Shown: positions 40,779-58,700, numbered from the stretch's first letter. The stretch is DNA of 64,000 nucleotides from Eledone cirrhosa (GCA_964016885.1 OZ024756.1:13516001-13580000), one strand, 5' to 3'. Made by a program: numbers and translations. The notes: generated from the letters alone by a model not told the origin.

Positions 40779-43700
40779 TATATATCCACAGTTCTGTGTA
40801 TAATATATCCACAGTTCTGTGTATAATATATCCACAGTTGCGTGTATAATATATCCACAGTTCTGTGTATAATATCCACAGTTCTGAGTATAATATACCC
40901 ACAGTTGCGTGTATAATATATCCACAGTTCTGTGTATAATATCCACAGTTCTGTGTATAATATATCCACAGTTCTGTGTATTATATACCCACAGTTGCGT
41001 GTATAATATATCCACAGTTCTGTGTATAATATCCACAGTTCTGTGTATAATATATCCACAGTTCTGTGTATTATATATCCACAGTTCTGTGTATAATATA
41101 TCCACAGTTCTTCTGTGTATAATATATCCACAGTTCTGTGTATTATATATCCACAGTTCTTCTGTGTATAATATATCCACAGTTCCGTGTATTATATATC
41201 CACAGTTCTGTGTATTATATATCCACAGTTCCGTGTATTATATATCAACAGTTCTGTGTATAATATATCCACAGTTCCGTGTATTATATATCCACAGTTC
41301 TGTGTATAATATATCCACAGTTCCGTGTATTATATATCCACAGTTCCGTGTATTATATATCCACAGTTCTGTGTATAATATACCCACAGTTCCGTGTATA
41401 ATATATCCACAGTTCCGTGTATTATATATCTACAGTTCTGTGTATAATATATCCACAGTTCTGTGTATAATATATCCACAGTTCTGTGTATAATATATCC
41501 ACAGTTCCGTGTATTATATATCTACAGTTCTGTGTATAATATATCCACAGTTCTGTGTATAATATATCCACAGTTCTGTGTATAATATATCCACAGTTCC
41601 GTGTATTATATATCCACAGTTCTGTGTATAATATATCCACAGTTCTGTGTATTATATATCCACAGTTCCGTGTATGATATACCCAGAGTTCTGTGTATAA
41701 TATATCCACAGTTCTGTGTATAATATATCCACAGTTCCGTGTATTATATATCCACAGTTCTGTGTATAATATATCCACAGTTCCGTGTATTATATATCCA
41801 CAGTTCTGTGTATTATATATCCACAGTTCTGTGTATAATATATCTACAGTTCTGTGTATAATATATCCACAGTTCTGTGTATAATATATCCACAGTTCTG
41901 TGTATTATATATCTACAGTTCTGTGTATAATATATCCACAGTTCTGTGTATTATATATCCACAGTTCTGTGTATAATATATCCACAGTTCCGTGTATTAT
42001 ATATCCACAGTTCTGGTGGATTGGCAGTATCGGTAGAGGGTCAGACGCCATGCTTTTCAGCAAAGAGTTACGGCCCTTTATGGTCTGAGTTCAAATCCCG
42101 CCGAGGTTAACTTTGCCTTTCATCCCTACGGGGTCGATAAAATAAAGTACCAGTAATGCACTGGAATAATTGCTGGCCTTGTGCCAAAAGTAGAAACAAT
42201 TATATATCCACAGTTCTGTGTATAATATATCCACAGTTCTGTGTATTATATATCCACAGTTCTGTGTATTATATATCCACAGTTCTGTGTATAATATATC
42301 CACAGTTCTGTGTATAATATATATACAGTTCCGTGTATAATATATCCACAGTTCTGTGTATTATATATCCACAGTTCCGCGTATTATATCCACAGTTCTG
42401 TGTATTATATATCCACAGTTCTGTGTATAATATATCCACAGTTCTTCTGTGTATAATATATCCACAGTTCTGTGTATAATATATCCACAGTTCCGTGTAT
42501 TATATCCACAGTTCTTCTGTGTATAATATATCCACAGTTCTGTGTATAATATATCCACAGTTCTGTGTATTATATATCCACAGTTCTGTGTATTATATAT
42601 ACACAGTTCTGTGTATAATATATCCACAGTTCTGTGTATAATATATCCACAGTTCTGTGTATTATATATCCACAGTTCTGTGTATTATATCCACAGTTCT
42701 TCTGTGTATTATATATCCACAGTTCTTCTGTGTATAATATATCCACAGTTCTGTGTATTATATATCCACAGTTCTTCTGTGTATTATATATCCACAGTTC
42801 TGTGTATTATATATCCACAGTTCTGTGTATATATATATATCCACAGTTCCGTGTATAATATATCCACAGTTCCGTGTATTATATATCCACAGTTCCGTGT
42901 ATTATATATCCACAGTTCTTCTGTGTATTATATATCCACAGTTCTGTGTATTATATCCACAGTTCTTCTGTGTATTATATATCCACAGTTCTGTGTATTA
43001 TATATCCACAGTTCTGTGTATTATATATCCACAGTTCTGTGTATTATATCCACAGTTCTTCTGTGTATTATATATCCACAGTTCTGTGTATTATATATCC
43101 ACAGTTCTGTGTATAATATATCCACAGTTCTGTGTATTATATATCCACAGTTCTGTGTATTATATATCCACAGTTCTTCTGTGTATAATATATCCACAGT
43201 TCTGTGTATTATATATCCACAGTTCCGTGTATAATATATCCACAGTTCTGTGTATTATATCCACAGTTCTGTGTATTATATCCACAGTTCTGTGTATAAT
43301 ATATCCACAGTTCTGTGTATTATATATCCACAGTTCTGTGTATTATATATCCACAGTTCTTCTGTGTATAATATATCCACAGTTCCGTGTATTATATATC
43401 CACAGTTCTGTGTATTATATATCCACAGTTCCGTGTATTATATATCCACAGTTCTGTGTATAATATATCCACAGTTCTTCTGTGTATTATATATACACAA
43501 TTCTGTGTATAATATATCCACAGTTCTGTGTATTATATATCCACAGTTCTGTGTATTATATATACACAGTTCTGTGTATTATATATCCACAGTTCTGTGT
43601 ATTATATATACACAGTTCTGTGTATAATATATCCACAGTTCTGTGTATAATATACCCACAGTTCTGTGTATTATATATCCACAGTTCTGTGTATTATATA

Positions 43701-46700
43701 TCCACAGTTCTGTGTATAATATATCCACAGTTCTTCTGTGTATAATATATCCACAGTTCCGTGTATTATATATCCACAGTTCTTCTGTGTATAATATACC
43801 CACAGTTCTGTGTATAATATATCCACAGTTCTTCTGTGTATAATATATCCACAGTTCTGTGTATAATATATCCACAGTTCCGTGTATTATATCCACAGTT
43901 CTTCTGTGTATAATATATCCACAGTTCTGTGTATAATATATCCACAGTTCTGTGTATTATATATCCACAGTTCTGTGTATTATATATACACAGTTCTGTG
44001 TATAATATATACACAGTTCTGTGTATAATATATCCACAGTTCTGTGTATTATATATCCACAGTTCTGTGTATTATATCCACAGTTCTTCTGTGTATTATA
44101 TATCCACAGTTCTTCTGTGTATAATATATCCACAGTTCTGTGTATTATATATCCACAGTTCTTCTGTGTATTATATATCCACAGTTCTGTGTATTATATA
44201 TCCACAGTTCTGTGTATATATATATATCCACAGTTCCGTGTATAATATATCCACAGTTCCGTGTATTATATATCCACAGTTCCGTGTATTATATATCCAC
44301 AGTTCTTCTGTGTATTATATATCCACAGTTCTGTGTATTATATCCACAGTTCTTCTGTGTATTATATATCCACAGTTCTGTGTATTATATATCCACAGTT
44401 CTGTGTATTATATATCCACAGTTCTGTGTATTATATCCACAGTTCTTCTGTGTATTATATATCCACAGTTCTGTGTATTATATATCCACAGTTCTGTGTA
44501 TAATATATCCACAGTTCTGTGTATTATATATCCACAGTTCTGTGTATTATATATCCACAGTTCTTCTGTGTATAATATATCCACAGTTCTGTGTATTATA
44601 TATCCACAGTTCCGTGTATAATATATCCACAGTTCTGTGTATTATATCCACAGTTCTGTGTATTATATCCACAGTTCTGTGTATAATATATCCACAGTTC
44701 TGTGTATTATATATCCACAGTTCTTCTGTGTATAATATATCCACAGTTCCGTGTATTATATATCCACAGTTCTGTGTATTATATATCCACAGTTCCGTGT
44801 ATTATATATCCACAGTTCTGTGTATAATATATCCACAGTTCTTCTGTGTATTATATATACACAGTTCTGTGTATAATATATCCACAGTTCTGTGTATTAT
44901 ATATCCACAGTTCTGTGTATTATATATACACAGTTCTGTGTATTATATATCCACAGTTCTGTGTATTATATATACACAGTTCTGTGTATAATATATCCAC
45001 AGTTCTGTGTATAATATACCCACAGTTCTGTGTATTATATATCCACAGTTCTGTGTATTATATATCCACAGTTCTGTGTATAATATATCCACAGTTCTTC
45101 TGTGTATAATATATCCACAGTTCCGTGTATTATATATCCACAGTTCTTCTGTGTATAATATACCCACAGTTCTGTGTATTATATATCCACAGTTCTTCTG
45201 TGTATAATATATCCACAGTTCTGTGTATTATATATCCACAGTTCTTCTGTGTATAATATACCCACAGTTCTGTGTATTATATATCCACAGTTCTGTGTAT
45301 TATATATCCACAGTTCTGTGTATTATATATCCACAGTTCTGTGTATTATATATCCACAGTTCTGTGTATTATATATCCACAGTTCTGTGTATATATATCC
45401 ACAGTTCTGTGTATAATATATCCACAGTTCTTCTGTGTATTACATATCCACAGTTCTGTGTATAATATATCCACAGTTCTTCTGTGTATTATATATCCAC
45501 AGTTCTTCTGTGTATAATATACCCACAGTTCTGTGTATTATATATCCACAGTTCCGTGTATAACATATCCACAGTTCTGTGTATAATATATCCACAGTTC
45601 TGTGTATTATTTATCCACAGTTCTTCTGTGTATTATATATCCACAGTTCTGTGTATTATATATCCACAGCTCCGTGTATTATATATCCACAGTTCTGTGT
45701 ATATATATCCACAGTTCTGTGTATTATATATCCACAGTTCTGTGTATTATATATACACAGTTCTGTGTATAATATATACACAGTTCTGTGTATAATATAT
45801 CCACAGTTCTGTGTATTATATATCCACAGTTCTGTGTATTATATCCACAGTTCTTCTGTGTATTATATATACACAGTTCTGTGTATTATATATCCACAGT
45901 TCTTCTGTGTATAATATATCCACAGTTCTGTGTATTATATATCCACAGTTCTTCTGTGTATTATATATCCACTGTTCTGTGTATTATATATCCACAGTTC
46001 CGTGTATAATATATTCACAGTTCTGTGTATATATATATATCCACAGTTCCGTGTATAATATATCCACAGTTCCGTGTATTATATCCACAGTTCTTCTGTG
46101 TATATATATCCACAGTTCTGTGTATTATATATCCACAGTTCTGTGTATATATATATCCACAGTTCTGTGTATTATATATCCACAGTTCTGTGTATTATAT
46201 ATCCACAGTTCTGTGTATTATATCCACAGTTCTTCTGTGTATAATATATCCACAGTTCTGTGTATTATATCCACAGTTCTTCTGTGTATAATATATCCAC
46301 AGTTCTGTGTATAATATATCCTCAGTTCTGTGTATTATATATCCACAGTTCTGTGTATTATATATCCACAGTTGTTCTGTGTATTATATATCCACAGTTC
46401 TTCTGTGTATTATATATCCATAGTTCTGTGTATTATATATCCACAGTTCCGTGTATAATATATCCACAGTTCTGTGTATTATATCCACAGTTCTGTGTAT
46501 AATATATCCACAGTTCTGTGTATTATATATCCACAGTTCTGTGTATTATATATCCACAGTTCTTCTGTGTATAATATATCCACAGTTCCGTGTATTATAT
46601 ATCCACAGTTCTGTGTATTATATATCCACAGTTCCGTGTATTATATATCCACAGTTCTGTGTATAATATATCCACAGGTCTTCTGTGTATTATATATACA

Positions 46701-49700
46701 CAGTTCTGTGTATAATATATCCACAGTTCTGTGTATTATATATCCACAGTTCTGTGTATTATATATACACAGTTCTGTGTATAATATATACACAGTTCTG
46801 TGTATAATATATCCACAGTTCTGTGTATTATATATCCACAGTTCTGTGTATTATATATACACAGTTCTGTGTATTATATATCCACAGTTCTGTGTATTAT
46901 ATATCCACAGTTCTGTGTATAATATATCCACAGTTCTTCCGTGTATAATATATCCACAGTTCCGTGTATTATATATCCACAGTTCTTCTGTGTATAATAT
47001 ACCCACAGTTCTGTGTATTATATATCCACAGTTCTTCTGTGTATAATATATCCACAGTTCTGTGTATTATATATCCACAGTTCTTCTGTGTATTATATAT
47101 CCACAGTTCTGTGTATAATATATCCACAGTTCTTCTGTGTATTATATATCCACAGTTCTGTGTATAATATATCCACAGTTCTGTGTATTATATATCCACA
47201 GTTCTTCTGTGTATAATATACCCACAGTTCTGTGTATTATATATCCACAGTTCTGTGTATTATATATCCACAGTTCTGTGTATTATATATCCACAGTACT
47301 GTGTATTATATATCCACAGTTCTGTGTATATATATCCACAGTTCTGTGTATAATATATCCACAGTTCTTCTGTGTATTATATATCCACAGTTCTGTGTAT
47401 AATATATCCACAGTTCTTCTGTGTTTTATATATCCACAGTTCTTCTGTGTATAATATACCCACAGTTCTGTGTATTATATATCCACAGTTCCGTGTATAA
47501 TATATCCACAGTTCTGTGTATAATATATCCACAGTTCTGTGTATTATATATCCACAGTTCTTCCGTGTATAATATATCCACAGTTCTGTGTATTATATAT
47601 CCACAGTTCTGTGTATTATATATCCACAGTTCTGTGTATTATATATCCACAGTTCTGTTTATTATATATCCACAGTTCTGTGTATATATATCCACAGTTC
47701 TGTGTATAATATATCCACAGTTCTTCTGTGTATTATATATCCACAGTTCTGTGTATAATATATCCACAGTTCTTCTGTGTATTATATATCCACAGTTCTT
47801 CTGTGTATTATATATCCACAGTTCTGTGTATTATATATCCACAGCTCCGTGTATTATATATCCACAGTTCTGTATATATATATCCACAGTTCTGTGTATA
47901 ATATATCCACAGTTACGTGTATAATATATTCACAGTTCTGTGTATAATATATCCACAGTTCTGTGTATTATATATCCACAGTTCTGTGTATAATATATCC
48001 ACAGTTCTGTGTATTATATATCCACAGTTCTTCTGTGTATTATATATCCACAGTTCTGTGTATAATATATCCACAGTTCTGTGTATAATATATCCACAGT
48101 TCTTCTGTGTATTATATATCCACAGTTCTGTGTATAATATATCCACAGTTCTGTGTATAATATATCCACAGTTCTGTGTATTATATATCCACAGTTCTGT
48201 GTATAATATATCCACTGTTCCGTGTATTATATATCCACAGTTCTGTGTATTATATATCCACAGTTCTGTGTATATATATCCACAGTTCTTCTGTGTATTA
48301 TATATCCACAGTTCTGTGTATAATATATCCACAGTTCTGTGTATTATATATCCACAGTTCTGTGTATATATATCCACAGTTCTTCTGTGTATTATATATC
48401 CACAGTTCTGTGTATAATATATCCACAGTTCTGTGTATTATATATCCACAGTTCTGTGTATTATATATCCACAGTTCCGTGTATATATATCCACAGTTCT
48501 TCTGTGTATTATATATCCACAGTTCTGTGTATAATATATCCACTGTTCCGTGTATTATATATCCACAGTTCTGTGTATTATATATCCACAGTTCTGTGTA
48601 TATATATCCACAGTTCTTCTGTGTATTATATATCCACAGTTCTGTGTATAATATATCCACAGTTCTGTGTATTATATATCCACAGTTCTGTGTATTATAT
48701 ATCCACAGTTCTTCTGTGTATTATATATCCACAGTTCTGTGTATTATATATCCACAGTTCTGTGTATTATATATCCACAGTTCCGTGTATAATATATCCA
48801 CAGTTCTGTGTATTATATATCCACAGTTCTGTGTATTATATATCCACAGTTCTGTGTATTATATATCCACAGTTCCGTGTATAATATATCCACAGTTCTG
48901 TGTATTATATATCCACAGTTCCGTGTATAATATATCCACAGTTCTGTGTATTATATATCCACAGTTCTGTGTATTATATATCCACAGTTCTGTGTATTAT
49001 ATATCCACAGTTCCGTGTATAATATATCCACAGTTCCGTGTATTATATATCCACAGTTCTGTGTATTATATATCCACAGTTCTGTGTATTATATATCCAC
49101 AGTTCCGTGTATAATATATCCACAGTTCTTCTGTGTATAATATATCCACAGTTCTTCTGTGTATTATATATCCACAGTTCTGTGTATAATATATCCACTG
49201 TTCCGTGTATTATATATCCACAGTTCTGTGTATAATATATCCACAGTTCTTCTGTGTATTATATATCCACAGTTCCGTGTATAATATATCCACAGTTCTG
49301 TGTATTATATATCCACAGTTCTGTGTATTATATATCCACAGTTCTGTGTATTATATATCCACAGTTCTTCTGTGTATTATATATCCACAGTTCCGTGTAT
49401 AATATATCCACAGTTCTTCTGTGTATAATATATCCACAGTTCTTCTGTGTATTATATATCCACAGTTCTGTGTATTATATATCCACAGTTCCGTGTATTA
49501 TATATCCACAGTTCTGTGTATTATATATCCACAGTTCTGTGTATTATATATCCACAGTTCTGTGTATAATATATCCACAGTTCTTTTGTGTATAATATAT
49601 CCACAGTTCTTTTGTGTATAATATATCCACAGTTCTGTGTATTATATATCCACAGTTCTGTGTATAATATATCCACAGTTCTGTGTATAATATATCCACT

Positions 49701-52700
49701 GTTCCGTGTATTATATATCCACAGTTCTGTGTATAATATATCCACAGTTCTGTGTATAATATATCCACAGTTCTTCTGTGTATTATATATCCACAGTTCC
49801 GTGTATAATATATCCACAGTTCTGTGTATTATATATCCACAGTTCTGTGTATCATATATCCACAGTTCTTCTGTGTATTATATATCCACAGTTCCGTGTA
49901 TAATATATCCACAGTTCTTCTGTGTATAATATATCCACAGTTCTTCTGTGTATTATATATCCACAGTTCTGTGTATTATATATCCACAGTTCCGTGTATT
50001 ATATATCCACAGTTCTGTGTATTATATATCCACAGTTCTGTGTATTATATATCCACAGTTCTGTGTATAATATATCCACAGTTCTTTTGTGTATAATATA
50101 TCCACAGTTCTTTTGTGTATAATATATCCACAGTTCTGTGTATTATATATCCACAGTTCTGTGTATAATATATACACAGTTCTGTGTATAATATATCCAC
50201 CGTTCCGTGTATTATATATCCACAGTTCTGTGTATTATATATCCACAGTTCTGTGTATAATATATCCACAGTTCTTCTGTGTATAATATATCCACAGTTC
50301 TGTGTATAATATATCCACAGTTCTGTGTATTATATATCCACAGTTCCGTGTATAATATATCCACAGTTCTTCTGTGTATAATATATCCACAGTTCTGTGT
50401 ATAATATATCCACAGTTCTGTGTATTATATATCTACAGTTCTTCTGTGTATTATATATCCACAGTTCTGTGTATAATATATCCACAGTTCTTCTGTGTAT
50501 TATATATCCACAATTCTGTGTATAATATATCCACAGTTCTTCTGTGTATTATATATCCACAGTTCTTCTGTGTATTATATATCCACAGTTCTGTGTATAA
50601 TATATCCACAGTTCTTCTGTGTATAATATATCCACAGTTCTTCTGTGTATTATATATCCACAGTTCTGTGTATTATATATCCACAGTTCTATGTATTATA
50701 TATCCACAGTTCTGTGTATAATATACCCACAGTTCTGTGTATATATATCCACAGTTCCGTGTATTATATATCCACAGTTCTGTGTATAATATATCCACAG
50801 TTCTGTGTATTATATATCCACAGTTCTGTGTATAATATACCCACAGTTCTGTGTATATATATCCACAGTTCCGTGTATTATATATCCACAGTTCTGTGTA
50901 TAATATATCCACAGTTCTGTGTATTATATATCCACAGTTCTGTGTATAATATATCCACAGTTCTGTGTATATATATATATCCAAAGTTCCGTGTATAATA
51001 TATCCACAGTTCTGTGTATAATATATCCACAGTTCTGTGTATTATATATCCACAGTTCTGTGTATTATATATCCACAGTTCTGTGTATTATATATCCACA
51101 GTTCTGTGTATAATATATCCACAGTTCTGTGTATAATATATCCACAGTTCTGTGTATAATATATCCACAGTTCTGTGTATAATATACCCACAGTTCTGTG
51201 TATTATATATCCACAGTTCTGTGTATAATATACCCACAGTTCTGTGTATAATATATCCACAGTTCTGTGTATTATATATCCACAGTTCTTCTGTGTATTA
51301 TATATCCACAGTTCTGTGTATAATATCCACAGTTCTGTGTATTATATATCCACAGTTCTGTGTATAATATCCACAGTTCTGTGTATTATATATCCACAGT
51401 TCTGTGTATTATATATCCACAGTTCCGTGTATAATATATCCACAGTTCTGTGTATTATATCCACAGTTCTGTGTATTATATATCCACAGTTCTTCTGTGT
51501 ATAATATATCCACAGTTCTGTGTATTATATATCCACAGTTCTTCTGTGTATTATATATCCACAGTTCTGTGTATTATATATCCACAGTTCTGTGTATAAT
51601 ATATCCACAGTTACGTGTATAATATATACACAGTTCTGTGTATTATATATCCACAGTTCTGTGTATAATATATCCACAGTTACGTGTATAATATATCCAC
51701 AGTTCTGTGTATTATATATACACAGTTCTGTGTATAATATATCCACAGTTCTGTGTATAATATATCCACAGTTCTTCTGTGTATTATATATCCACAGTTC
51801 TGTGTATAATATATCCACAGTTCTGTGTATTATATATCCACAGTTCTGTGTATAATATCCACAGTTCTGTGTATAATATATCCACAGTTCTGTGTATAAT
51901 ATACACAGTCCTGTGTATTATACATCCACAGTTCTGTGTATAATATCCACAGTCCTGTGTATTATATATCCACAGTTCTGTGTATAATATATCCACAGTT
52001 CTGTGTATAATATATGCACAGTTCTGTGTATTATATATCCACAGTTCTGTGTATTATATATCCACAGTTCTGTGTATTATATATCCACAGTTACGTGTAT
52101 AATATATACACAGTTCTGTGTATAATATATCCACAGTTCTTCTGTGTATTATATATCCACAGTTCTGTGTATAATATATCCAAAGTTCTGTGTATTATAT
52201 ATCCACAGCTCCGTGTATAATATACCCACAGTTCTGTGTATAATATGCACAGTTCTGTGTATTATATATCCACAGTTCTGTGTAGAATATCCACAGTTCT
52301 GTGTATAATATATCTACAGTTCTGTGTATAATATATCCACAGTTGTGTGTATAATATATCCACAGTTCTGTGTATTATATATCCACAGTTCTGTGTATAA
52401 TATATCCACAGTTCTTCTGTGTATAATATATCCACAGTTCTGTGTATAATATATCCACAGTTCTGTGTATAATATATCCACAGTTCTTCTGTGTATTATA
52501 TATCCACAGTTCTGTGTATAATATATCCACAGTTCTTCTGTGTATTATATATCCACAGTTCCGCGTATTATATCCACAGTTCTGTGTATAATATATCCAC
52601 AGTTCTGTGTATATATATCCACAGTTCTGTGTATATATATCCACAGTTCCGTGTATTATATCCACAGTTCTGTGTATAATATAAGCACTGTTCCGTGTAT

Positions 52701-55700
52701 TATATATCCACAGTTCTGTGTATAATATATCCACAGTTCTTCTGTGTATTATATATCCACAGTTCTGTGTATAATATATCCACAGTTCTGTGTATAATAT
52801 ATCCACAGTTCTTCTGTGTATTATATATCCACAGTTCTGTGTATTATATATCCACAGTTCTTCTGTGTATTATATATCCACAGTTCTGTGTATTATATAT
52901 CCACAGTTCTGTGTATAATATATCCACAGTTCTTCTGTGTATTATATATCCACAGTTCTGTGTATAATATATCGACAGTTCTTCTGTGTATAATATATCC
53001 ACAGTTCTGTGTATAATATATCCACAGTTCTGTGCATTATATATCCACAGTTCTTCCGTGTATAATATACCCACAGTTCTGCGTATTATATATCCACAGT
53101 TCTGTGTATAATATATCCACAGTTCTGTGTATAATATATCCACAGTTCTGTGTATTATATATCCACAGTTCTGTGTATAATATACCCACAGATCTGTGTA
53201 TTATATATCCACAGTTCCGTGTATAATATATCCACAGTTCTGTGTATTATATATCCACAGTTCTGTGTATAATATACCCACAGTTCTGTGTATTATATAT
53301 CCACAGTTCTGTGTATAATATATCCACAGTTCTTCTGTGTATAATATATCCAAAGTTCTGTGTATTATATATCCACACTTCTGTGTATTATATATCCACA
53401 GTTCTGTGTATAATATATTCACAGTTCTGTGTATAATATATCCACAGTTCTGTGTATTATATATCCACAGTTCTTCTGTGTATTATATATCCACAGTTCT
53501 GTGTATAATATCCACAGTTCTGTGTATTATATATCCACATTTCTGTGTATAATATACACAGTTCTGTGTATTATATATCCACAGTTCTGTGTATCATATA
53601 TCCACAGTTCTGTGTATTATATATCCACAGTTCTGTGTATTATATATCCACAGTTCCGTGTATTATATATCCACAGTTCTGTGTATTATATCCACAGTTC
53701 TGTGTATTATATATCCACAGTTCTTCTGTGTATAATATATCCACAGTTCTGTGTATTATATATCCACAGTTCTTCTGTGTATTATATATCCACAGTTCTG
53801 TGTATTATATATCCACAGTTCTGTGTATAATATATCCACAGTTACGTGTATAATATATACACAGTTCTGTGTATTATATATCCACAGTTCTGTGTATAAT
53901 ATATCCACAGTTACGTGTATAATATATCCACAGTTCTGTGTATTATATATACACAGTTCTGTGTATAATATATCCACAGTTCTGTGTATAATATATCCAC
54001 AGTTCTGTGTATAATATATCCACAGTTCTGTGTATTATATATCCACAGTTCTGTGTATTATATATCCACAGTTCTGTGTATAATATGCACAGTTCTGTGT
54101 ATAATATACCCACAGTCCTGTGTATTATATATCCACAGTTCTGTGTATAATATAACCACAGTTCTGTGTATAATATATGCACAGTTCTGTGTATTATATA
54201 TCCACAGTTCTGTGTATTATATATCCACAGTTCTGTGTATTATATATCCACAGTTACGTGTATAATATATACACAGTTCTGTGTATAATATATCCACAGT
54301 TCTTCTGTGTATAATATATCCAAAGTTCTATGTATTATATATCCACACTTCTGTGTATTATATATCCACAGTTCTGTGTATAATATATTCACAGTTCTGT
54401 GTATAATATATCCACAGTTCTGTGTATTATATATCCACAGTTCTTCTGTGTATTATATATCCACAGTTCTGTGTATAATATCCACAGTTCTGTGTATTAT
54501 ATATCCACAGTTCTGTGTATAATATCCACAGTTCTGTGTATTATATATCCACAGTTCTGTGTATCATATATCCACAGTTCTGTGTATTATATATCCACAG
54601 TTCTGTGTATTATATATCCACAGTTCCGTGTATAATATATCCACAGTTCTGTGTATTATATCCACAGTTCTGTGTATTATATATCCACAGTTCTTCTGTG
54701 TATAATATATCCACAGTTCTGTGTATTATATATCCACAGTTCTTCTGTGTATTATATATCCACAGTTCTGTGTATTATATATCCACAGTTCTGTGTATAA
54801 TATATCCACAGTTACGTGTATAATATATACACAGTTCTGTGTATTATATATCCACAGTTCTGTGTATTATATATCCACAGTTCTGTGTATAATATATCCA
54901 CAGTTACGTGTATAATATATCCACAGTTCTGTGTATTATATATACACAGTTCTGTGTATAATATATCCACAGTTCTGTGTATAATATATCCACAGTTCTT
55001 CTGTGTATTATATATCCACAGTTCTTCTGTGTATAATATATCCACAGTTCTGTGTATTATATATCCACTGTTCTGTGTATAATATCCACAGTTCTGTGTA
55101 TAATATATCCACAGTTCTGTGTATAATATACACAGTCCTGTGTATTATATATCCACAGTTCTGTGTATAATATCCACAGTCCTGTGTATTATATATCCAC
55201 AGTTCTGTGTATAATATATCCACAGTTCTGTGTATAATATATGCACAGTTCTGTGTATTATATATCCACAGTTCTGTGTATTATATATCCACAGTTCTGT
55301 GTATTATATATCCACAGTTACGTGTATAATATATACACAGTTCTGTGTATAATATATCCACAGTTCTTCTGTGTATTATATATCCACAGTTCTGTGTATA
55401 ATATATCCAAAGTTCTGTGTATTATATATCCACAGCTCCGTGTATAATATACCCACAGTTCTGTGTATAATATGCACAGTTCTGTGTATAATATATCCAC
55501 AGTTCTGTGTATATATATCCACAGTTCTGTGTATATATATCCACAGTTCCGTGTATTATATCCACAGTTCTGTGTATAATATATGCACTGTTCCGTGTAT
55601 TATATATCCACAGTTCTGTGTATAATATATCCACAGTTCTTCTGTGTATTATATATCCACAGTTCTGTGTATAATATATCCACAGTTCTGTGTATAATAT

Positions 55701-58700
55701 ATCCACAGTTCTTCTGTGTATTATATATCCACAGTTCTGTGTATTATATATCCACAGTTCTTCTGTGTATTATATATCCACAGTTCTGTGTATTATATAT
55801 CCACAGTTCTGTGTATAATATATCCACAGTTCTTCTGTGTATTATATATCCACAGTTCTGTGTATAATATATCCACAGTTCTTCTGTGTATAATATATCC
55901 ACAGTTCTGTGTATAATATATCCACAGTTCTGTGCATTATATATCCACAGTTCTTCCGTGTATAATATACCCACAGTTCTGCGTATTATATATCCACAGT
56001 TCTGTGTATAATATATCCACAGTTCTGTGTATAATATATCCACAGTTCTGTGTATTATATATCCACAGTTCTGTGTATTATATATCCACAGTTCTGTGTA
56101 TAATATATCCACAGTTCTTCTGTGTATTATATATCCACAGTTCTGTGTATAATATATCCACAGTTCTTCTGTGTATAATATATCGACAGTTACGTGTATA
56201 ATACATACACAGTTCTGTGTATAATATATCCACAGTTCTTCTGTGTATTATATATCCACAGTTCTGTGTATTATATATCCACAGTTCTGTGTATAATATA
56301 TACACAGTTCTGTGTATAATATATCCACAGTTATGTGTATAATATATCCACAGTTCTGTGTATAATATATCCACAGTTCTGTGTATTATATATCCACAGT
56401 TCTGTGTATAATATATACACAGTTCTTCTGTGTATAATATATCCACAGTTCTTCTGTGTATAATATATCCACAGTTCCGTGTATAATATATCCACAGTTC
56501 TGTGTATTATATATCCACAGTTCTGTGTATAATATATACACAGTTCTGTGTATAATATATCCACAGTTCTGTGTATAATATATCCACAGTTCTGTGTATT
56601 ATATATCCACAGTTCTGTGTATAATATATCCACAGTTCTGTGTATAATATATCCACAGTTCTGTGTATAATATATACACAGTTCTGTGTATAATATATCC
56701 ACAGTTCTGTGTATAATATATCCACAGTTCTGTGTATAATATATCCACAGTTCTTCTGTGTATTATATATCCACAGTTCTGTGTATAATATATCCACAGT
56801 TCTGTGTATAATATATCCACAGTTCTGTCTATAATATATCCACAGTTCTGTGTATAATATACCCACAGTTCTGTGTATAATATATCCACAGTTCTGTGTA
56901 TTATATATCCACAGTTCTGTGTATAATATATCCACAGTTCTGTGTATTATATATCCACAGTTCTTCTGTGTATTATATATCCACAGTTCTGTGTATAATA
57001 TATCCACAGTTCTTCTGTGTATTATATATCCACAGTTCTTCTGTGTATTATATATCCACAGTTCTGTGTATAATATATCCACAGTTCTGTGTATTATATA
57101 TCCACAGTTCTGTGTATAATATATACACAGTTCTTCTGTGTATAATATATCCACAGTTCTTCTGTGTATAATATATCCACAGTTCCGTGTATAATATATC
57201 CACAGTTCTGTGTATTATATATCCACAGTTCTGTGTATAATATATACACAGTTCTGTGTATAATATATCCACAGTTCTGTGTATAATATATCCACAGTTC
57301 TGTGTATTATATATCCACAGTTCTGTGTATAATATATCCACAGTTCTGTGTATAATATATCCACAGTTCTGTGTATAATATATACACAGTTCTGTGTATA
57401 ATATATCCACAGTTCTGTGTATAATATATCCACAGTTCTGTGTATAATATATCCACAGTTCTTCTGTGTATTATATATCCACAGTTCTGTGTATAATATA
57501 TCCACAGTTCTGTGTATAATATATCCACAGTTCTGTCTATAATATATCCACAGTTCTGTGTATAAAATATACACAGTTCTGTGTATAATATATCCACAGT
57601 TCTGTGTATTATATATCCACAGTTCTGTGTATAATATATCCACAGTTCTGTGTATTATATATCCACAGTTCTGTGTATTATATATCCACAGTTCTTCTGT
57701 GTATAATATATCCACAGTTCTTCTGTGTATTATATATCCACAGTTCTGTGTATAATATATCCACAGTTCTGTGTATTATATATCCACAGTTACGTGTATA
57801 ATATATCCACAGTTCTGTGTATAATATATCCACAGTTCTGTGTATAATATATCCACAGTTCTGTGTATAATATATCCACTGTTCTGTCTATTATATATCC
57901 ACAGTTCTGTGTATTATATATCCACAGTTCTGTCTATTATATATCCACAGTTCTGTGTATTATATATCCACAGTTCTGTCTATTATATATCCACAGTTCT
58001 GTGTATAATATATCCACAGTTCCGTGTATAATATATCCACAGTTCCGTGTATTATATATCCACAGTTCTTCTGTGTATTATATATCCACAGTTCTGTGTA
58101 TAATATATTCACAGTTCTGTGTATATATATATATCCACAGTTCCGTGTATAATATATCCAGTTCTTCTGTGTATAATATATCCACTGTTCTGTGTATTAT
58201 ATATCCACAGTTCTGTGTATAATATATCCACAGTTCTGTGTATTATATATCCACAGTTCTGTGTATAATATATCCACAGTTCTGTGTATAATATATCCAC
58301 AGTTCTTCTGTGTATAATATATCCACTGTTCTGTGTATTATATATCCACAGTTCTGTGTATTATATATCCACAGTTCTGTGTATTATATATCCACTGTTC
58401 TGTGTATTATATATCCACAGTTCTGTGTATAATATATCCACAGTTCTGTGTATTATATATCCACAGTTCTGTGTATAATATATCCACAGTTCTGTGTATA
58501 ATATATCCACAGTTCTTCTGTGTATAATATATCCACAGTTCTGTGTATTATATATCCACAGTTCTTCTGTGTATTATATATCCACAGTTCTGTGTATATA
58601 ATATTCACAGTTCTGTGTATATATATATATCCACAGTTCCGTGTATAATATATCCAGTTCTTCTGTGTATAATATATCCACAGTTCTGTGTATAATATAT